Assembly: GCF_004010195.1 (NCBI RefSeq)
Contig: NC_057719.1
Span: 2,409,165-2,473,164 of the forward strand
DNA length: 64,000 nucleotides
Direction: 5' to 3'
DNA from: Chiloscyllium plagiosum
Taxonomy: Eukaryota
Both the position numbers and the translations under genes were made by a program. Shown piece by piece: positions 13,192 through 25,925 of the stretch. The notes beneath the pieces were generated by a model that did no database searches, was not told where the DNA came from, and worked only from the letters and a program-made list of their open reading frames with translations. How positions within the stretch are numbered: the stretch's first letter is position 1; each line of letters opens with the position of its first letter.

Positions 13192-13620
13192 CCAATGGGG
13201 AATGTTGAGGGGGGGGGGAACAATTGGAGGACAGGGGGAAGAATCTCTGTGGCAGTGAGCCTGAGGCAGAGATGTTAGCCAGGGGAACAGGGTGGTGTGT
13301 GGAAGGGGCTGGCATCTGGAAGCTCAGGGTCAGTTTTGTGGGGGGCAGAGCGTGGGTGTTCTGCAAAGCGGTCACCCCTCCCTCCCCAAGTCTGTCCAGG
13401 ACCCTGCCAATGGGGAATGTTGAGGGGGGGGGACAATTGGAGGACAGGGGGAAGAATCGCTGCGGCAGTGAGCCTGAGGCAGAGATGTTAGCCAGGGGAA
13501 CAGGGTGGTGTGTGGAAGGGGCTGGCATCTGGAAGCTCAGGGTCAGTTTTGTGGGGGGCAGAGCGTGGGTGTTCTGCAAAGCGGTCACCCCTCCCTCCCC
13601 AAGTCTGTCCAGGACCCTGC
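13192..13620 (+). repeat. near-identical tandem duplication, 2 x ~215 bp
   Basis: ccaatggggaatgttgaggggg...gtccaggaccctg at 13192 and 13407. Confidence 0.92.
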
Positions 13621-13799
13621 TGCAACGTTCCAATGAACCACATAGGGCAACCTCAAGAAACAACATTTTATCTTCCATTGAGCACTCTACAGCCCCTTAG
13701 TCTCAACCATTGAATTCCACAATTTCAGAAACTGACGCATGTTCTCTGCTATCTGACTGCCTCTCCCCATCTCCTCCCCTGCTCAGCACCTTGCCTTTT

Positions 13800-14125
13800 T
13801 AGATTAGATTCCCTATGGTGTGGAAACAGGCCACTCAGCCCAACAAGTCCACACCAACCCTCCGAAGAGTAACCCACCCAAATCTATTCCCCTACTTTAT
13901 ATTTACCCCTGACTAATGTACCTAACACTATGGGCAATTTAGCATGGCCAGTTCACCTGACCTGCACATCTTTGGATTGTGGGAGAAACCGCAGCACCCG
14001 GAGGGAATCCTCACAGACACGGGGAGAGCGTGCAAACTCCACACAGACAGTGGCCCAAGACGGGGATCAAACCCAGGTCCCTGGTGCTGTGAGGCAGCAG
14101 TGCTAACCACTGAGCCATCGTGCCG
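13800..14125 (-). mobile_element. HE1-like V-SINE
   Basis: Reverse complement of the SINE at 6298; tagattagatt tail. Confidence 0.9.
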
Positions 14126-14369
14126 GTGTCCTGCTCACTGTCAGTAGGGAGAACCCGATCTCTGCTGCAATTCCCTGCTGAATTTCTCTAGCACCCACTC
14201 TCTTTCAGATTTCCAGCTGACACAGTAACTTTGCTTTCGAGGGCAGGGTAGGTGAAGCAGGGTCTTGTTCCTCAGTCAGTGGGAAACGCTCTGATCTCTG
14301 AGGCTAACGTTCACATGCTCAGGACACACTTCAGAAAGCTGAGGAGGACAAATCAAGGCAGAATCTTGT

Positions 14370-14550
14370 GCAGCACTGAGGGAGTGCTGCACTGCCAAGG
14401 AACAGCTTTACAGAGAAGGTTCTAGAACGGGGACCTGAATGCATTTTCAGCAAACACAATCTGTCCGTCTGGCTGATGCCACATCGCCACTTGTGGGATC
14501 TTGCTGTGCGCGAAATCGGCTGCCACAGTGACTATCCCTTCAGAAAACTC
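14370..14550 (+). mobile_element. Deu-domain SINE remnant (SacSINE1-like)
   Basis: cagcactgagggagtgctgcactg and tgtgggatcttgctgtgcgcgaaatcggctgcc resemble the Deu core. Confidence 0.55.
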
Positions 14551-14999
14551 TTTGGAGGGTCGGTGTGGACTTGTTGGGCCGAAGGGCCAGTTTCCACACT
14601 GTAGGGATCCTGTGATTCTGAAACCCGCTTCACCGAATGTGAAGCTCTTTCGGGGTGTCAGGACCGGTGCTACAGAAATTCAAACTTTCTCTCTGCGGAG
14701 ATCACATGGGGCCAAAATTTCTGAGTTTGATGAGCATGAAAATCCAAATGAAGGGAGTTGTGGAACAGGTTGTAGAAATAGAATTCGCTGCAGGCGATGG
14801 TTAAAACCACAGCAGCTGCGATCAACACTGGATCCGAGAGATAGAGAGAGAGAGGGAGAGAGAGGGAGAGAGAGAGGTCTGTTTCCTTCAATAAGAACAG
14901 TTGCTGCTCAACAAAAAAACTCCTCCTGCCTGCCTGACAGCATTTGCAGGGACAGAGAATTAACATCTAAAGTCCAATCTGCAATTTTTTTTTTAAAGT

Positions 15000-15270
15000 T
15001 TATCTTTTCACAGGATGTGGGTGTCACTGGCTGGGCCCAGGATTTATCGCCCGTCCCTAGTTGCCCCTTGAGAAGGTGGGAGTGAGCTGCCTTCTTGAAC
15101 CGCTGCAGTCCGTGTGCTGTGGGTTGACCCACAATGTCCCTTAGGGAGGGAATTCCAGGATTTTGAGCCAGTGGGAGTGAAGGACGGGAACTTGCAGGGG
15201 GTGATGTTACCCGCTCTTGACCTTCTGGATGGAAGTGGTCATGGGTTTGGAAGGTGCTTGGAGGAAATGG
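15000..15270 (-). mobile_element. LINE 3' end/UTR of a recurring family (also 30500-30845 +, 34985-35435 -, 52360-53340 +, 57165-57448 -)
   Basis: Shared ccctagttgccccttgagaagg and cacaatgcccttagggagggaattc blocks. Confidence 0.7.
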
Positions 15271-15677
15271 GAGGTTCTTGGGGAAGGTTATTTTGATGGG
15301 CGGGGGTGGGGGGGGTAAGGAAATGTGGAGGAGCAGAGTGATTGAGATGGCCTGTACAGTTATCATTAAAACATTTCAACAGTTGAACAAAATCTGAAAA
15401 AAAAAATGGAATTAAAAACTGGCAGAATGTCAACTATGTAACCACTATCAATCATTATAAAAAGCTGTCTGGTCCACCAATGTGATTTAGGGAAGGAAAT
15501 CTTCCTCCCTTCTCCTGGTCTGGCCGACATGTGACTCCAGACCCACAGCAATGTGGTTGACTCTTAACTACCCTCTGAAATGACCAAGCAAGCCACTCAG
15601 TTCAAGGAGTTGGGTAATAAATATTGGACCAACCCGTGACACCCACATCGCCAGCATGAATATTCTTTTTAGCCCTG

Positions 15678-15768
15678 ATGGAAATGTGTTGCTGGAAAAG
15701 CGCAGCAGGTCAGGCAGCATCTAGGGAACAGGAGAATCGACGTTTCGGGCATTAGCCCTTCTTCAGGA
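15678..15768 (-). mobile_element. 91-bp Penelope-type mini-insertion carrying a minimal hammerhead motif, 16-bp TSD
   Basis: TSD attctttttagccctg at 15662-15677 and 15769-15784; minus strand ttcCTGAAGAagggctaatgcccGAAAcGTCgattc. Confidence 0.8.
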
Positions 15769-16011
15769 ATTCTTTTTAGCCCTGTAAAGTAATGGGATGC
15801 TGAGCTTTATCTCAGGGGATGGGAACAGCAACAGGAGGAAATTGTTCCGACCTTGTTCAGTTTAGACACAGTGTTCAGTACAGGACACTACAACTTAGGG
15901 AGGAGGGTTTAACTTCATAGTGGGTGCAGGATGGTCTCCCCTGAATGTGCTCAGAGCTGAGGGCTTGTCTATGAGGGCAGGGTCTGTGAGCACAGTTAGG
16001 GATCTCCTTCA

Positions 16012-16212
16012 TACAAACTGAAAGGACTGCGGATGCTACAAATCAGAAACAAAAACAGAAGTTGCTGGAAAAGCTCAGCAGGACTGACAGCATCTGTGGA
16101 GAGAAATCAGAGTTAATATTTTGGGTCACCGGACCTGAAACATGGACTCTGAGTTCTCTCCACAGATGCTGTCAGACCTGCTGAGCTTTTCCAGCAGTTT
16201 CTGTTTTAGTTT
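16012..16212. mobile_element. palindromic element made of inverted Penelope-type terminal repeats
   Basis: ctggaaaagctcagcagg...tggagagaa and ttctctccac...cctgctgagcttttccag form a foldback; a similar element lies at 16410-16580. Confidence 0.7.
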
Positions 16213-17449
16213 AGGGTCTCCTCAAGTTCAGAAGATGCGTGAATGGTCTGATCAGGGAGTTTAACCCATCGCAAGGTCCCACAGAATGGAGACAAGTGAA
16301 GCTGACTTAAAACTTAAGAACTGGGTGGATTACTCTTCGGAGGGTCGGTGTGGAGTGGTTGGGCCGAAGGGCCTGTTTCCACACTGTAGGGAATCTAACC
16401 TAAAAAAACTGCTGGAAATCTGAAACAGAAACAGGAATCGCTGGAGGAACTCGGCAGGTCTGGCAGCACCTGTGCAGAGAGAGAAACGGAGTTAGTGTTT
16501 CGGGTCCAGTTTTCTGTTTCTCTTTCTCCATAGATGTAGCCAGACCTGCTGAGTTTCTCCAACAATTCCTGTTTCTGCTTGTGAACATGTGAGACTAATT
16601 CCTCAGGTAGGTCTGCACTAGAAATACTTCAGGAAATAATCTACCTTGGGGTGCAGTGATAGTGTCCCTTCCTCTGAGCCAGGGGCCCTGGATTCAACTC
16701 CCACCTGCTCCAGGGGAGTTTATGGGTTGATTAAGGAATAGCTGGAAACTGGGAATTTCGAGTCAGTACCTGCTGGAGTGGTGTCTTTTCTACACAGAAA
16801 GGGGAGTGTGAATTGGAATATGCCCCCTCCATAATACAATCCCTTCAGGCCTGGGGGTGTCAGACTGTGAGAGCATGTTTGTGGGGAAAGCACACAAAAA
16901 GGCTCTGGAAGCCAGGACCTTGGACAGAAAGTGCAGATCAGTCATCACCAACAAAGGTACCATGTGGAGCTCAGTGACAGAATCCCCTCCTGCCCCATGC
17001 CCCTGGGGCATTGTTACAGAATAAGGGGACCCTGTGAAACAGCTGACTTGTGAAGGAATCTCTTCTCCCAGAGGGTGTTGAATTCCCTCTCCCGGAGAGT
17101 AGCAGAGGCTAGATCAATGAAAGTATTGAAAGAGGAGGGAGACGGGTCTTTGAAATAGCAGAGAATTGAGGGCTATGCTGAGCTGGCATGGCAGGAGGAG
17201 TTGAGGCCTGAGGGAAATTGGTCATAGTCCTATAGAATGGTGGGGTAACCTGGAAGGATTGAATGGTCCATTCCTGCTCCTTGTGATTCCTGTCTAATGT
17301 TTGGTCCTGGAATATGGCACCTATTTGTTCTGAGGATGTGGGCACTGCTGGCAAGGCTGGCATTCAGAGCCCACCTCCAGTTCAGCAGGTGGTAATGGCT
17401 ATTTCTTGTCCTCAATCAACCAGTGACATCCTGTCTGAATTTTTTTTAA

Positions 17450-17608
17450 GGAGAAAGTGAGGGATGCAGATGCTGGAGATCAGAGCTGAAAATGTGTTGC
17501 TGGAAAAGCGCAGGATTCCTGAAGAAGGGCTTATGCCCGAAACGTCGATTCTCCTGTTCCTTGGATGCTGCCTGACCTGCTGCGCTTTTCCAGCAACACA
17601 CTTTCAGC
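17450..17608 (+). mobile_element. Penelope-type mini-insertion (inverted 5' piece, hammerhead, tail), 16-bp TSD
   Basis: TSD tctgaattttttttaa at 17434-17449 and 17609-17624. Confidence 0.8.
17513..17552 (+). ncRNA. minimal type I hammerhead ribozyme motif
   Basis: CUGAAGA (17519-25), extra A, stem II gggc/ttat/gccc, GAAA, loopless palindromic stem III AC-GU, GUC triplet at 17544-46. Confidence 0.75.
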
Positions 17609-18489
17609 TCTGAATTTTTTTTAACCCAATAAGCAGCTCATTCCATACGTGCCACCCTCTGTGTGAAAAAGTTGCCCCACAGGTGCATTTTAAATCTTTC
17701 CCCTCTCACCCTGTCTAGCTTTGGACCCCCCTACCCTAGGGAAACAGGCTATTCACGTTGTCTATGTGCCTCACGATTTTATAAACCTGTATAAGGTCAC
17801 CCCTCAGCCTCTGATGGTCCAGGCTGCTGGGCTTTATCTCAGGGGATGGGAACAGCAACAGGAGGAAACTATTCTGACCTTGTTCAGTTTAGACAGTGTT
17901 CAGTACAGGACACTACAACTTAGGGAGGACGGTTTAACTTCATAGTGGGTGCAGGATGGCTATAAGGGCTGGCTCTGTGAGCCATTCGGGATCTCCTTAA
18001 GTTCAGAAGATGCGTGAATTGTCTGATCAGGGAGTCTAAATCATCAAAAGCTTCCACGCACTGGAGAGCAAGTGAAACAGACACAAAACTAAGAACCGCA
18101 GACACTGGAAATCTGAAACAGAAATAGGAATTGCCAGAGAAACTCAGCAGGTCAGGTAGCACCTGTACAGAGAGAGAAACAGAGTTAATGTTTCGGATTC
18201 AATAAAACTGGCATTCAGGATTGAGAGGTTCTCAAGACCAGTCCAAAAGGACTTGGTGCTAACTGTTTCTCTCTCCACAGATGCTTGGTGTCAGTCAGCA
18301 TTAACAGGCCGTTATCAGGGTATTGTTGAGGGAACTTGAGGTGTACAGATTTCCCATGTTTGACCATGAGGTCCTTTAGCACTTCCTGTGGCTTGGGCAG
18401 AGTCCTGACTCCAAAACAAGTACATTTCCCCCTCACTCTCACTTCCACATTTCCTTGCTCTGGGGTAGCTACTTGCAGGTGCGCTCACT

Positions 18490-18606
18490 CACTCTCATTG
18501 CTCGAGCTTAAAACCCTCGATCCCATCTGATCTTGGAAGCGAAGCAGATTCAGGCCTGGTGAGCACTGAATGGGAGACTGCCGGGGAATCTCGGGACAGT
18601 AGGATC
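18490..18606 (+). pseudogene. 5S rRNA pseudogene / 5S-derived fragment
   Basis: ctcgatcccatctgatcttggaagcgaagcagattcaggcctggtgagcactgaatgggagactgccggggaat...gtagg aligns with vertebrate 5S from about nt 28 onward, with many substitutions; 5' end degraded. Confidence 0.85.
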
Positions 18607-18726
18607 TGAGGGCTATGGAACCGTTAGAAATTGGAACAGGAGTAGCCTGATTGGCCACTTGACCATTCAGTAGGATCATAGCTGGTCTTGTGGGTTACTG
18701 GTGGTGTCACTGCCTCTAAGCCATCG

Positions 18727-19830
18727 AGACATAGAGTCGTACAGCACAGAAACAGGCCCTTTAGCCCAACTCACCCATGCCGACCAGGTTTCTAAACTGA
18801 ACCAGTTCCATTTGCCTACATTTGGCCCATATCCCTCCAAACCTTTCATATCCATGTACCTATCCAAATGTCTTTTAAATGCTGTAATTGTACCAGCCTC
18901 CACCACTTCCTCTAGCAGCTCATTCCATACACGTACCGCCCTCTGTGTGAAAATATTGCCCCTCAGCTGCATTTTAAATCTTTCCCCTCTCATCCTGTTT
19001 AGCTTTGGACCCCCCTACCCTAGGGAAACAGGTTATTCACCTTGTCTATGCGCCTCATGATTTTATAAACCTCTATAAGGTCACCCCTCAGCCTCTGATG
19101 GACCAGGGAAAAAAAGTCCCAGCTTATTCAGCCTCTTTATAACTCAAACCTTCTAGTCTTGGTAACATCTTTGTAAATCTCTTCTGAACTCTTTCCAAAG
19201 TTAAAAATCACACAACACCAGGTTATAGTCCAACAGGTTTAATTGGAAGCACACTAGCTTTCGGAGCACTCTGAAAGCTAGTGTGCTTCCAATTAAACCT
19301 GTTGGACTATAACCTGGTGTTGTGTGATTTTTAACTTTGTACACACCAGTCCAACACAAATCAGAAATCTTTCCAGTTTCACAACACCTTCCTACAGTCG
19401 GGAGACCAAAATTGCCTACAATGTACTGTACAGCCGCAATATGACCTCCCAACTCCTATACTCGATGCTCTGACTGTTGAAGGCAAGCATTTCAAATGCC
19501 TTCCTTCACTGTCCTGTCTACCTGCGACTCCATTTTCAAGGAACACTGTACATGTACCTGTAGGTCGCTCTGTTTGGCAACACTCCCCAGGGTCCTACCA
19601 TGAACTGTATAAGTCCTGCCCTGGTTGTACCAAATTGTAGCACCTTGCATTTATTGGAATTAAACTCTATCTGCTACTCCTGGGCCCATGGGCCCAGTCA
19701 ATCAAGATCCTGTTGTGACCTTCAGAACCTTCTTCACTGTCCACTATGCCTCCAATTTTGATGTTATCCACAAACCTATTAAGCATGCCTCTTATATTCT
19801 CATCCAAATCAATTTCATAAAAGCCAGAAG
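18727..19830 (-). mobile_element. CR1 LINE 3' part, interrupted by a palindromic insertion
   Basis: RGNIFTQRAVRVWNELLEEVVEAG; DLDENIRGMLNRFVDNIKIGGIVDSEEG. Confidence 0.9.
19197..19367. mobile_element. palindromic insertion with 66-bp perfect arms (second Penelope-type terminal-repeat family)
   Basis: Arms 19197-19262 and 19273-19338; tctttcca on both flanks. Confidence 0.75.
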
Positions 19831-20449
19831 AACAGTGTTCAAGTCCCACCTGCTCCAGAGGTGTGTAAATACATCTCTGTACAGACTGATTACAGAAGGA
19901 GGCCATTCAGCCCACTGAGTCCATGCCAGCTCTCTATTGACCATTCCAGTCAGTCCCACTCTCTTGTAATCTCTGGAGAGAGAAGTTCTGAAGAAGGGTC
20001 ATTGAACTCGAAATGTTAACTCTGCTTCTCTCCCCACAGATGCTGAATTTCTCCAGCAATTCCTGTTTCTGTTTCAGATCCTGCAGCTCTTGTTTGGACG
20101 TAATAGACAACCACATTGCTGTGGGTCTGGAGTCACGCGTCACCCAGACTGAGTGAGGAAGGTTGATTTCCTTCCTGTGTTCTGTCTAATTTCTTTCCCT
20201 CCTGGGTAGAGTCCGAGATCTGTGCGCAGCAACAACTTCCGAAATTGGGAGTAAAGGCCGGGAAGGCTGCAGGGCCGAGGGATACACAGAACAGCTGCAC
20301 AGCTCCAAGTGAAGGCTGTTTTCTTCCTTAAAGGATAATAGGGGAACCAGGCAGGACATTTTTGATAAAACTGACAATTGACAGTGGTTACAAGGTCATT
20401 GTTACACCAGGTTTTAGTTCCCGGTTCTTCTACTCAACTCTAACAGAGT

Positions 20450-20820
20450 AATAGAGATGTATAGTACAGAAACAGACCCTTCAGTCCAACTTGTCCACGC
20501 TGACTGATATCCAAGATAGATCTAGTTCCATTTGCCAGCACTTGGCCCATATCCCTCTAAACCCTTCCAATCCATGTACCCATCCAGATGCCATTTAAAT
20601 GTTTTAATTGTACCAGCCTCCACCACTTCCTCTGGCAGCTTATTCCATACATGCACCTCTTTCTGTATGCAAACGTTACCTCTTAGATCCCTTTTAAATC
20701 TTCCCCCCTCTCACCTTAAACCTGTTCCCTCTAGCTTTGGACTTCCCTACCCTGGGGAAAAGACCTCGGCTATTCCCCCTATCCATGCCCCTCATGATTT
20801 TATAAACCTGCATAATGTCA
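20450..20820 (-). mobile_element. CR1 LINE 3' end
   Basis: GDIMQVYKIMRGMDRGNSRGLFPRVG plus 3' UTR. Confidence 0.85.
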
Positions 20821-21863
20821 CCTCTGCTATGTGCAGAGACTGCTTTGGGACTTGGGGTTACTGACTCAGTGACACTACCACAAAGCTGGAGTCTGACCAA
20901 GTATATGACCGCGCCCCCACACCCCCGCACTCATCACTGACGGAGAGTTTCACAGCCGCAGCACCGCTCAATGCCACGTGAACAGTGGCCACTCAGTCAC
21001 ACGCCAGAGCTGTTGACAGGCGGCACCAAGATCTGTGAGTGAGCATCTGTCAGTGGTTTCTAAACTGGCATGCTGTCTAAACAGGAATCAGCTGATGCAT
21101 CTCTCCTGCTGATGCCTGTCTCGTGTTCCCTGTGTGAAGGCAGGTCTGAAACACATTCAAAACATCAGGCAAATCCTGACACCTCCCTCACACGGAACTT
21201 CACATCAGCTCTGCACTCACCCTGTCAGCTGTGACTGGGCAGGAACATGGACCTCCTCAGAGGGCGGTGAGGAACTCACAACGGTGGGCATGGAGACTGG
21301 AGTCACATATGGTCCTGATCAGGTAACTACTTTCAATCTAAAGCAAAGAACTGTGGGTGATAGAACCGAGAACATAGAACATAGAACAGTACAGCACGGT
21401 ACAGGCCCTTCGGCCCTCAATGTTGTACCGATATTTATCCTACTCTAAGATCTGACATCCCCCCTAAATCTTCCTTCAGTCACCTTAAAATTATGCCCCT
21501 CATGATAGCCATTTATGCCCTGGGAAAAAGCCTCTGACTATCCACTCTATCAATATCTCTCAACATCTTGAGCACCTCTATCAAGTCATCTCACCTCCCA
21601 TCCTTCTTCATTCCAATGAGTGCGGGGGCGTGGGCATATACTTGGTCAGACTCCAGCTTTGTGGTAATGTGACTGAGTCAGTAACCCCAAGTCCCAAAGC
21701 GGTCTCTGCACATGGTGATGCTGGAGATCTGAAACAGAAACAGAAATTGCTGGAGAAACTCAGCAGGTCTGGCAGCATCTGTGAGGAGAGAGAAATGGAA
21801 TTAATGTTTCGAGTTCAGTTGCCCTTCTCCAGAGCTGTCCTGGTTCCTGATCACAGCCCCTCC

Positions 21864-21895
<32 letters not shown>

Positions 21896-21929
21896 GAGCT
21901 GCTGCAAGAAGGCTTGGTTGGAATTGATT

Positions 21930-22095
21930 TATGATACAGAGTGACACCAACACCATGGGTTCAATCCCCACACTGGCTGAGGTTACCATGAAGGAGTCTC
22001 CTTGTCAACATCCTCCCTTGCCTGAGGCACAGCCCCCCTCAGGTTAAACCACCGCCAATCATCTCTCTGCAATGAGACTGTGGTGACATTCACTT
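21930..22095 (+). mobile_element. old tRNA-derived SINE remnant, family not assigned
   Basis: B-box-like gggttcaatccc followed by a SINE-like body (ggctgaggttaccatgaagg...cctcaggttaaaccacc). Confidence 0.4.
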
Positions 22096-23342
22096 CCTCA
22101 TAGATGTTTGCAACACAGAAGGAGGCCATTTGGCCCATCATTTTCATGCAACTCCACAAAAGATTTGTCTGAACTAATCCCATTTTCTACCTATTGCCTC
22201 CAAATACCTGGAATCTACGACGATGCAACTGAATATGCAAATGCTGCTGAAATGTTGTGAGAGTTTCTGACTCAACCAGCCTTTCAGGCAATGAGTTCCA
22301 GATCCCCATCTCCCTGTGGGTGAAACCATTTCCCCACAACTCACATCTGAGCCCCTCTATCACTTCATTAAATCTAGCCCCCTCCCCGGTTACTGAGTCT
22401 TCTACTTCTGGGAAAAGTATCTTCCTATTCAGCCGATAGGTGCCCCCTCACAATCTACACCTCTCTCAGGTCACCTCTCAACCTTCACTGCTCCAAGGTA
22501 GGCAATCCCAGCCTAACCAATCGTTCCTCATAGCTCAGACCCTCCAGCCAGGCAACATTCTGGTAAATCCCACTCCCTCCTGTGTAATCACATCCCACCT
22601 CTAATGCTGTGACCAGAACCACTCCAATTGTGGCCTAAGCAGTGTTTAATACAGTTCTTGCATAGTCTCTCCCCATTTTACCCCATGTCTTGGCTAATTA
22701 AGACAAGTAAATCTTGTTTTCTACCTGCCCTGCTACTTTCAGGGATCTCTGGACATTTATACCAAGGTCCCTCTTCAGTACCTTCCAAAATCTGGGGGTG
22801 ATTGTTCGTGAAGTCTATATCAGTGGGGGGGGGCAAGAGGCTTCAGGAAAACCGGTGGTAAGTTTGACTTTGTAAGTACAAACATAAAAACAGAAAAGGT
22901 ATGGAAGATTAATAAAATCCCTGCTGCAAAATCTTTGCTCAATTCTGGCAACCACACATCAGCAAGAATATCGATGTGTTGAAGAGTGGGCTGAAGAGGT
23001 TTGGCAGCGATGAAGGAGACTGGTGAGATCAGAATGGCGAGCAGAGAAGGCGAAGGGGAGATTTAGTAAACGGTTTTGAAATGATGAAGGTTTTTAATAG
23101 AGGAAACTGAAACAGGAAATGTTTCTGTTGGTGAGTGAGTAGGTTGCTTCAGTTCAGAGATTGAAAATAATTATCAAGGGAGCAGAGGGGAAGGAAGGGT
23201 TCTCCTTTTACACAGAATTGTTATCATTTGAATACATGTCAACAGCAACTTGTATTTATCGATGTAAACCATTTGAGCAATCAAATCTGCTCTGTCATTC
23301 ATTATGTTTATGGCTTATCCTCTGTCTCAATGCTATGTTTAT

Positions 23343-23637
23343 GGGTGGCATAGTGACTCAGAGGTTAGCACCAGGGTCCCAGGTTCAATTCCCGCCTCGG
23401 GTGACTGTCTGTGTGGAGTTTGCACCTTCTCCCGGTGTCTGCGTGGGTCTCCTCTGGGTGCTCCGGTTTCCTCCCACAGTCCAAAGATGTACAATCAGGT
23501 GGATTGGCCATGCTAAATTGCCCATAGTGTTAGGTGCATTAGTCAGAGGGAAATGGGTCTGGGTGGGTTACTCTTCAGAGGGTCAGTGTGGACTCGTTGG
23601 GCTGAAGGGCCTATTTCCACACTGTAGAAAATCTAAT
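23343..23637 (+). mobile_element. HE1-like V-SINE
   Basis: V domain and CR1-like tail. Confidence 0.88.
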
Positions 23638-23969
23638 TGAATTTCCACTTACCTTCCACATCCCTTGATGCCTTTAAGATTTAAATATTTATTGATAATT
23701 TTCTTGAATATATTCAATGACTTGGCCTCAACAGCCCTCTGTGGTAAAGAATTCCACAGATTCACTCCCCTCTGAGAGAAGAAATTCCTCTTCATCTCTG
23801 TCTGAAATCGGCAACCCTTTACTCCGAGGTTTCGTCTCTCTGGTCCCTGCGTAACATCTCTTGCATAATAAAACATCCTATGAGCATTGTAAACCAGGAC
23901 TCTATGGGAAGGGATTTGGCAAGACTTTGGATTAGAGGTGGCAGGGGTACAGTACCAGCAGGAGTGTAA

Positions 23970-24810
23970 CAAAAGCAGGAATTGTTGGAAAAGCTCAGCA
24001 GACCTGGCAGCATCTGTGGAGAGAAATCAGAGTTAATGTTTCAGGTCCTGTGGCCCTTCCTCAAAACTGATGGTAGTGAGGAAAATATGGGTTTATATGC
24101 AGGAGATAGGGTGGAGGGGAGGGGATAGGGAGTAAATGATAGGTGGGAACAGGGTCCAAAGAGACAGAAGACAATGGACAGACAAGGGAATGGATAATGA
24201 ATGGAGAGTGAATATCTTTTAATCAGGATGGTCAGTGACTAACAACGGGTTGTGTGTAATAGCAGACCATGTTGGTAATAAGGCCTGGTGTGTGGGGTTT
24301 GGATAAGGACAAGGGGGGGGAAAGTACCTCACACCCCAGAATTGTTGAACTCAATGTCCAGTCCAGAAGGCTGCAGGGTCCCCAAGTGGAAAATGAGGTG
24401 CTGTTCTTCCAGCTTGCATTGAAAGAAGGTGGACATCTCGGAGTCTCCCTGGTCAGAGTTGGCAACATCAGAACAGGTGCCACAGAGACGGAGGAACTGG
24501 GAGAATGGAATGGAGTCTTTCCGGGATGCAGGGTGTGAGGATGTGTAGTCACGGTAACTGTGGGCGTCAGTTGGTCTTTAGTGTTTTTTTTCTCTCTTTG
24601 GGCTATCTGTCCACCTATAGTTTACTTCTTACCAGCCTAACTTCCGCATTTAAACCTGCATTTTCCCAGCTACCATCAGTTCTAAGGAAGAGTCACTTGA
24701 CCCAAAACGTTAACTGATTGCTATCCATAGATGCTGCCAAATCTGCTGAGTTTTTCCAGGGATTTCTGTTTTATTTCTGATTTCAAATGTCTGCAGTCCT
24801 TTAGGTTTTT
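23970..24810 (-). mobile_element. decayed Penelope-like element with inverted terminal piece (24590-24810, +)
   Basis: Terminal repeat present in both orientations; internal part similar to 49200-49990. Confidence 0.6.
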
Positions 24811-25629
24811 TTTTTTAACCATCAGGTGTGCATTGGTCATGGGGTGAAGGATTTAAACTGCAGATGTTGAGGGTTGATGTTGGATGATGTTATGGAGGTG
24901 GGGATCGACAGTCTCAGTGATGTTGTGGATTACTGAGCTCAGAAGTTCACCTTAGGGGCAAATATGACGTCAAGGTTGCAATTATTTTAAACTCAGATAG
25001 TTACCAAGGAGACAGATGGAGTTGGTACCTAGGGAACAGAGCTTGTCTCAGACAATGGCTTCTGTTTTTCCAACATTTAATCGGAGGAAACTTCTGTTCA
25101 TTCAATACTCGATGCAGGATAATGAGGAATGCAATTTCTGAAGCAGACTCTGGGGAGACTCCTAAAATGCTATTGAAGGTAAAGTCATAGAGTCAAACTT
25201 GTAGATGGTGGACTAATTTACATGGCGATAAATGAGGCCTGCATTGTGCAATTCTCCCACTGTATTGGCAGAGGTATAGCAGTCTGTTCCTGTGCGGCAT
25301 ACTGGGGACTTGAACCCACAACGTTCTTAACTCAGTTCCAACAAAACCCAGTGAACACAGCTGATAGCAGTGTAAAATATCCTGGGTTTAGCCACGGAGA
25401 TGGGGCAAGTGGGGAAAGGACTGCAAGTGGTTTCTGGAAAATACCCATCAGTTCCTCACAACTTGGTAGTAAATTCCAAGGCAATGCCATGCTGGTCCAG
25501 CCCCTGGCATGCCCCCTGTAATCCCATTGAACCAAAGCTGATCCCCTGGCTTGATGGTACTCTGTAGTACTCCTGCTGAGCCACTCTGGGTGGTGGACAT
25601 TGTAAACCCACCATTCAGAGTATTTGTCG

Positions 25630-25925
25630 GGTTATGGTGGGTTGGCCATGGGAAATTGCCCTATGGTGTCCAGGAATGTGTAGGTTATGGTGGGTTGGCC
25701 ATGGGAAATTGCCCTATGGTGTCCATGAATGTGTAGGTTATGGTGGGTTTACCATGGGAAATTGCCCTATGGTGTCCAGGAATGTGTAGGTTATGGTGGG
25801 TTTGCCATGGGAAATTGCCCTATGGTGTCCAGGAATGTGTAGGTTAGGGTGGGTTTGCCAAGGGAAATCGTCCAGTAATGTCCAGGGATGTGCAGGTTAG
25901 GGTGAGTTGGCCATGGGAAACGCGG
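25630..25925 (+). repeat. 53-bp tandem repeat (~5.5 copies) derived from SINE body
   Basis: ggttatggtgggttggccatgggaaattgccctatggtgtccaggaatgtgta, period 53; continues into a SINE tail to ~26040. Confidence 0.85.

Noticed and set aside
14524..14552. V(D)J recombination signal (cacagtg)
   Set aside because: No proper nonamer at 12/23 spacing, it lies in a Deu-SINE remnant, and there is no V segment
16798..16960. Possible + strand exon (KGECELEYAPS...)
   Set aside because: Unrecognised peptide and weak donor; compatible with chance
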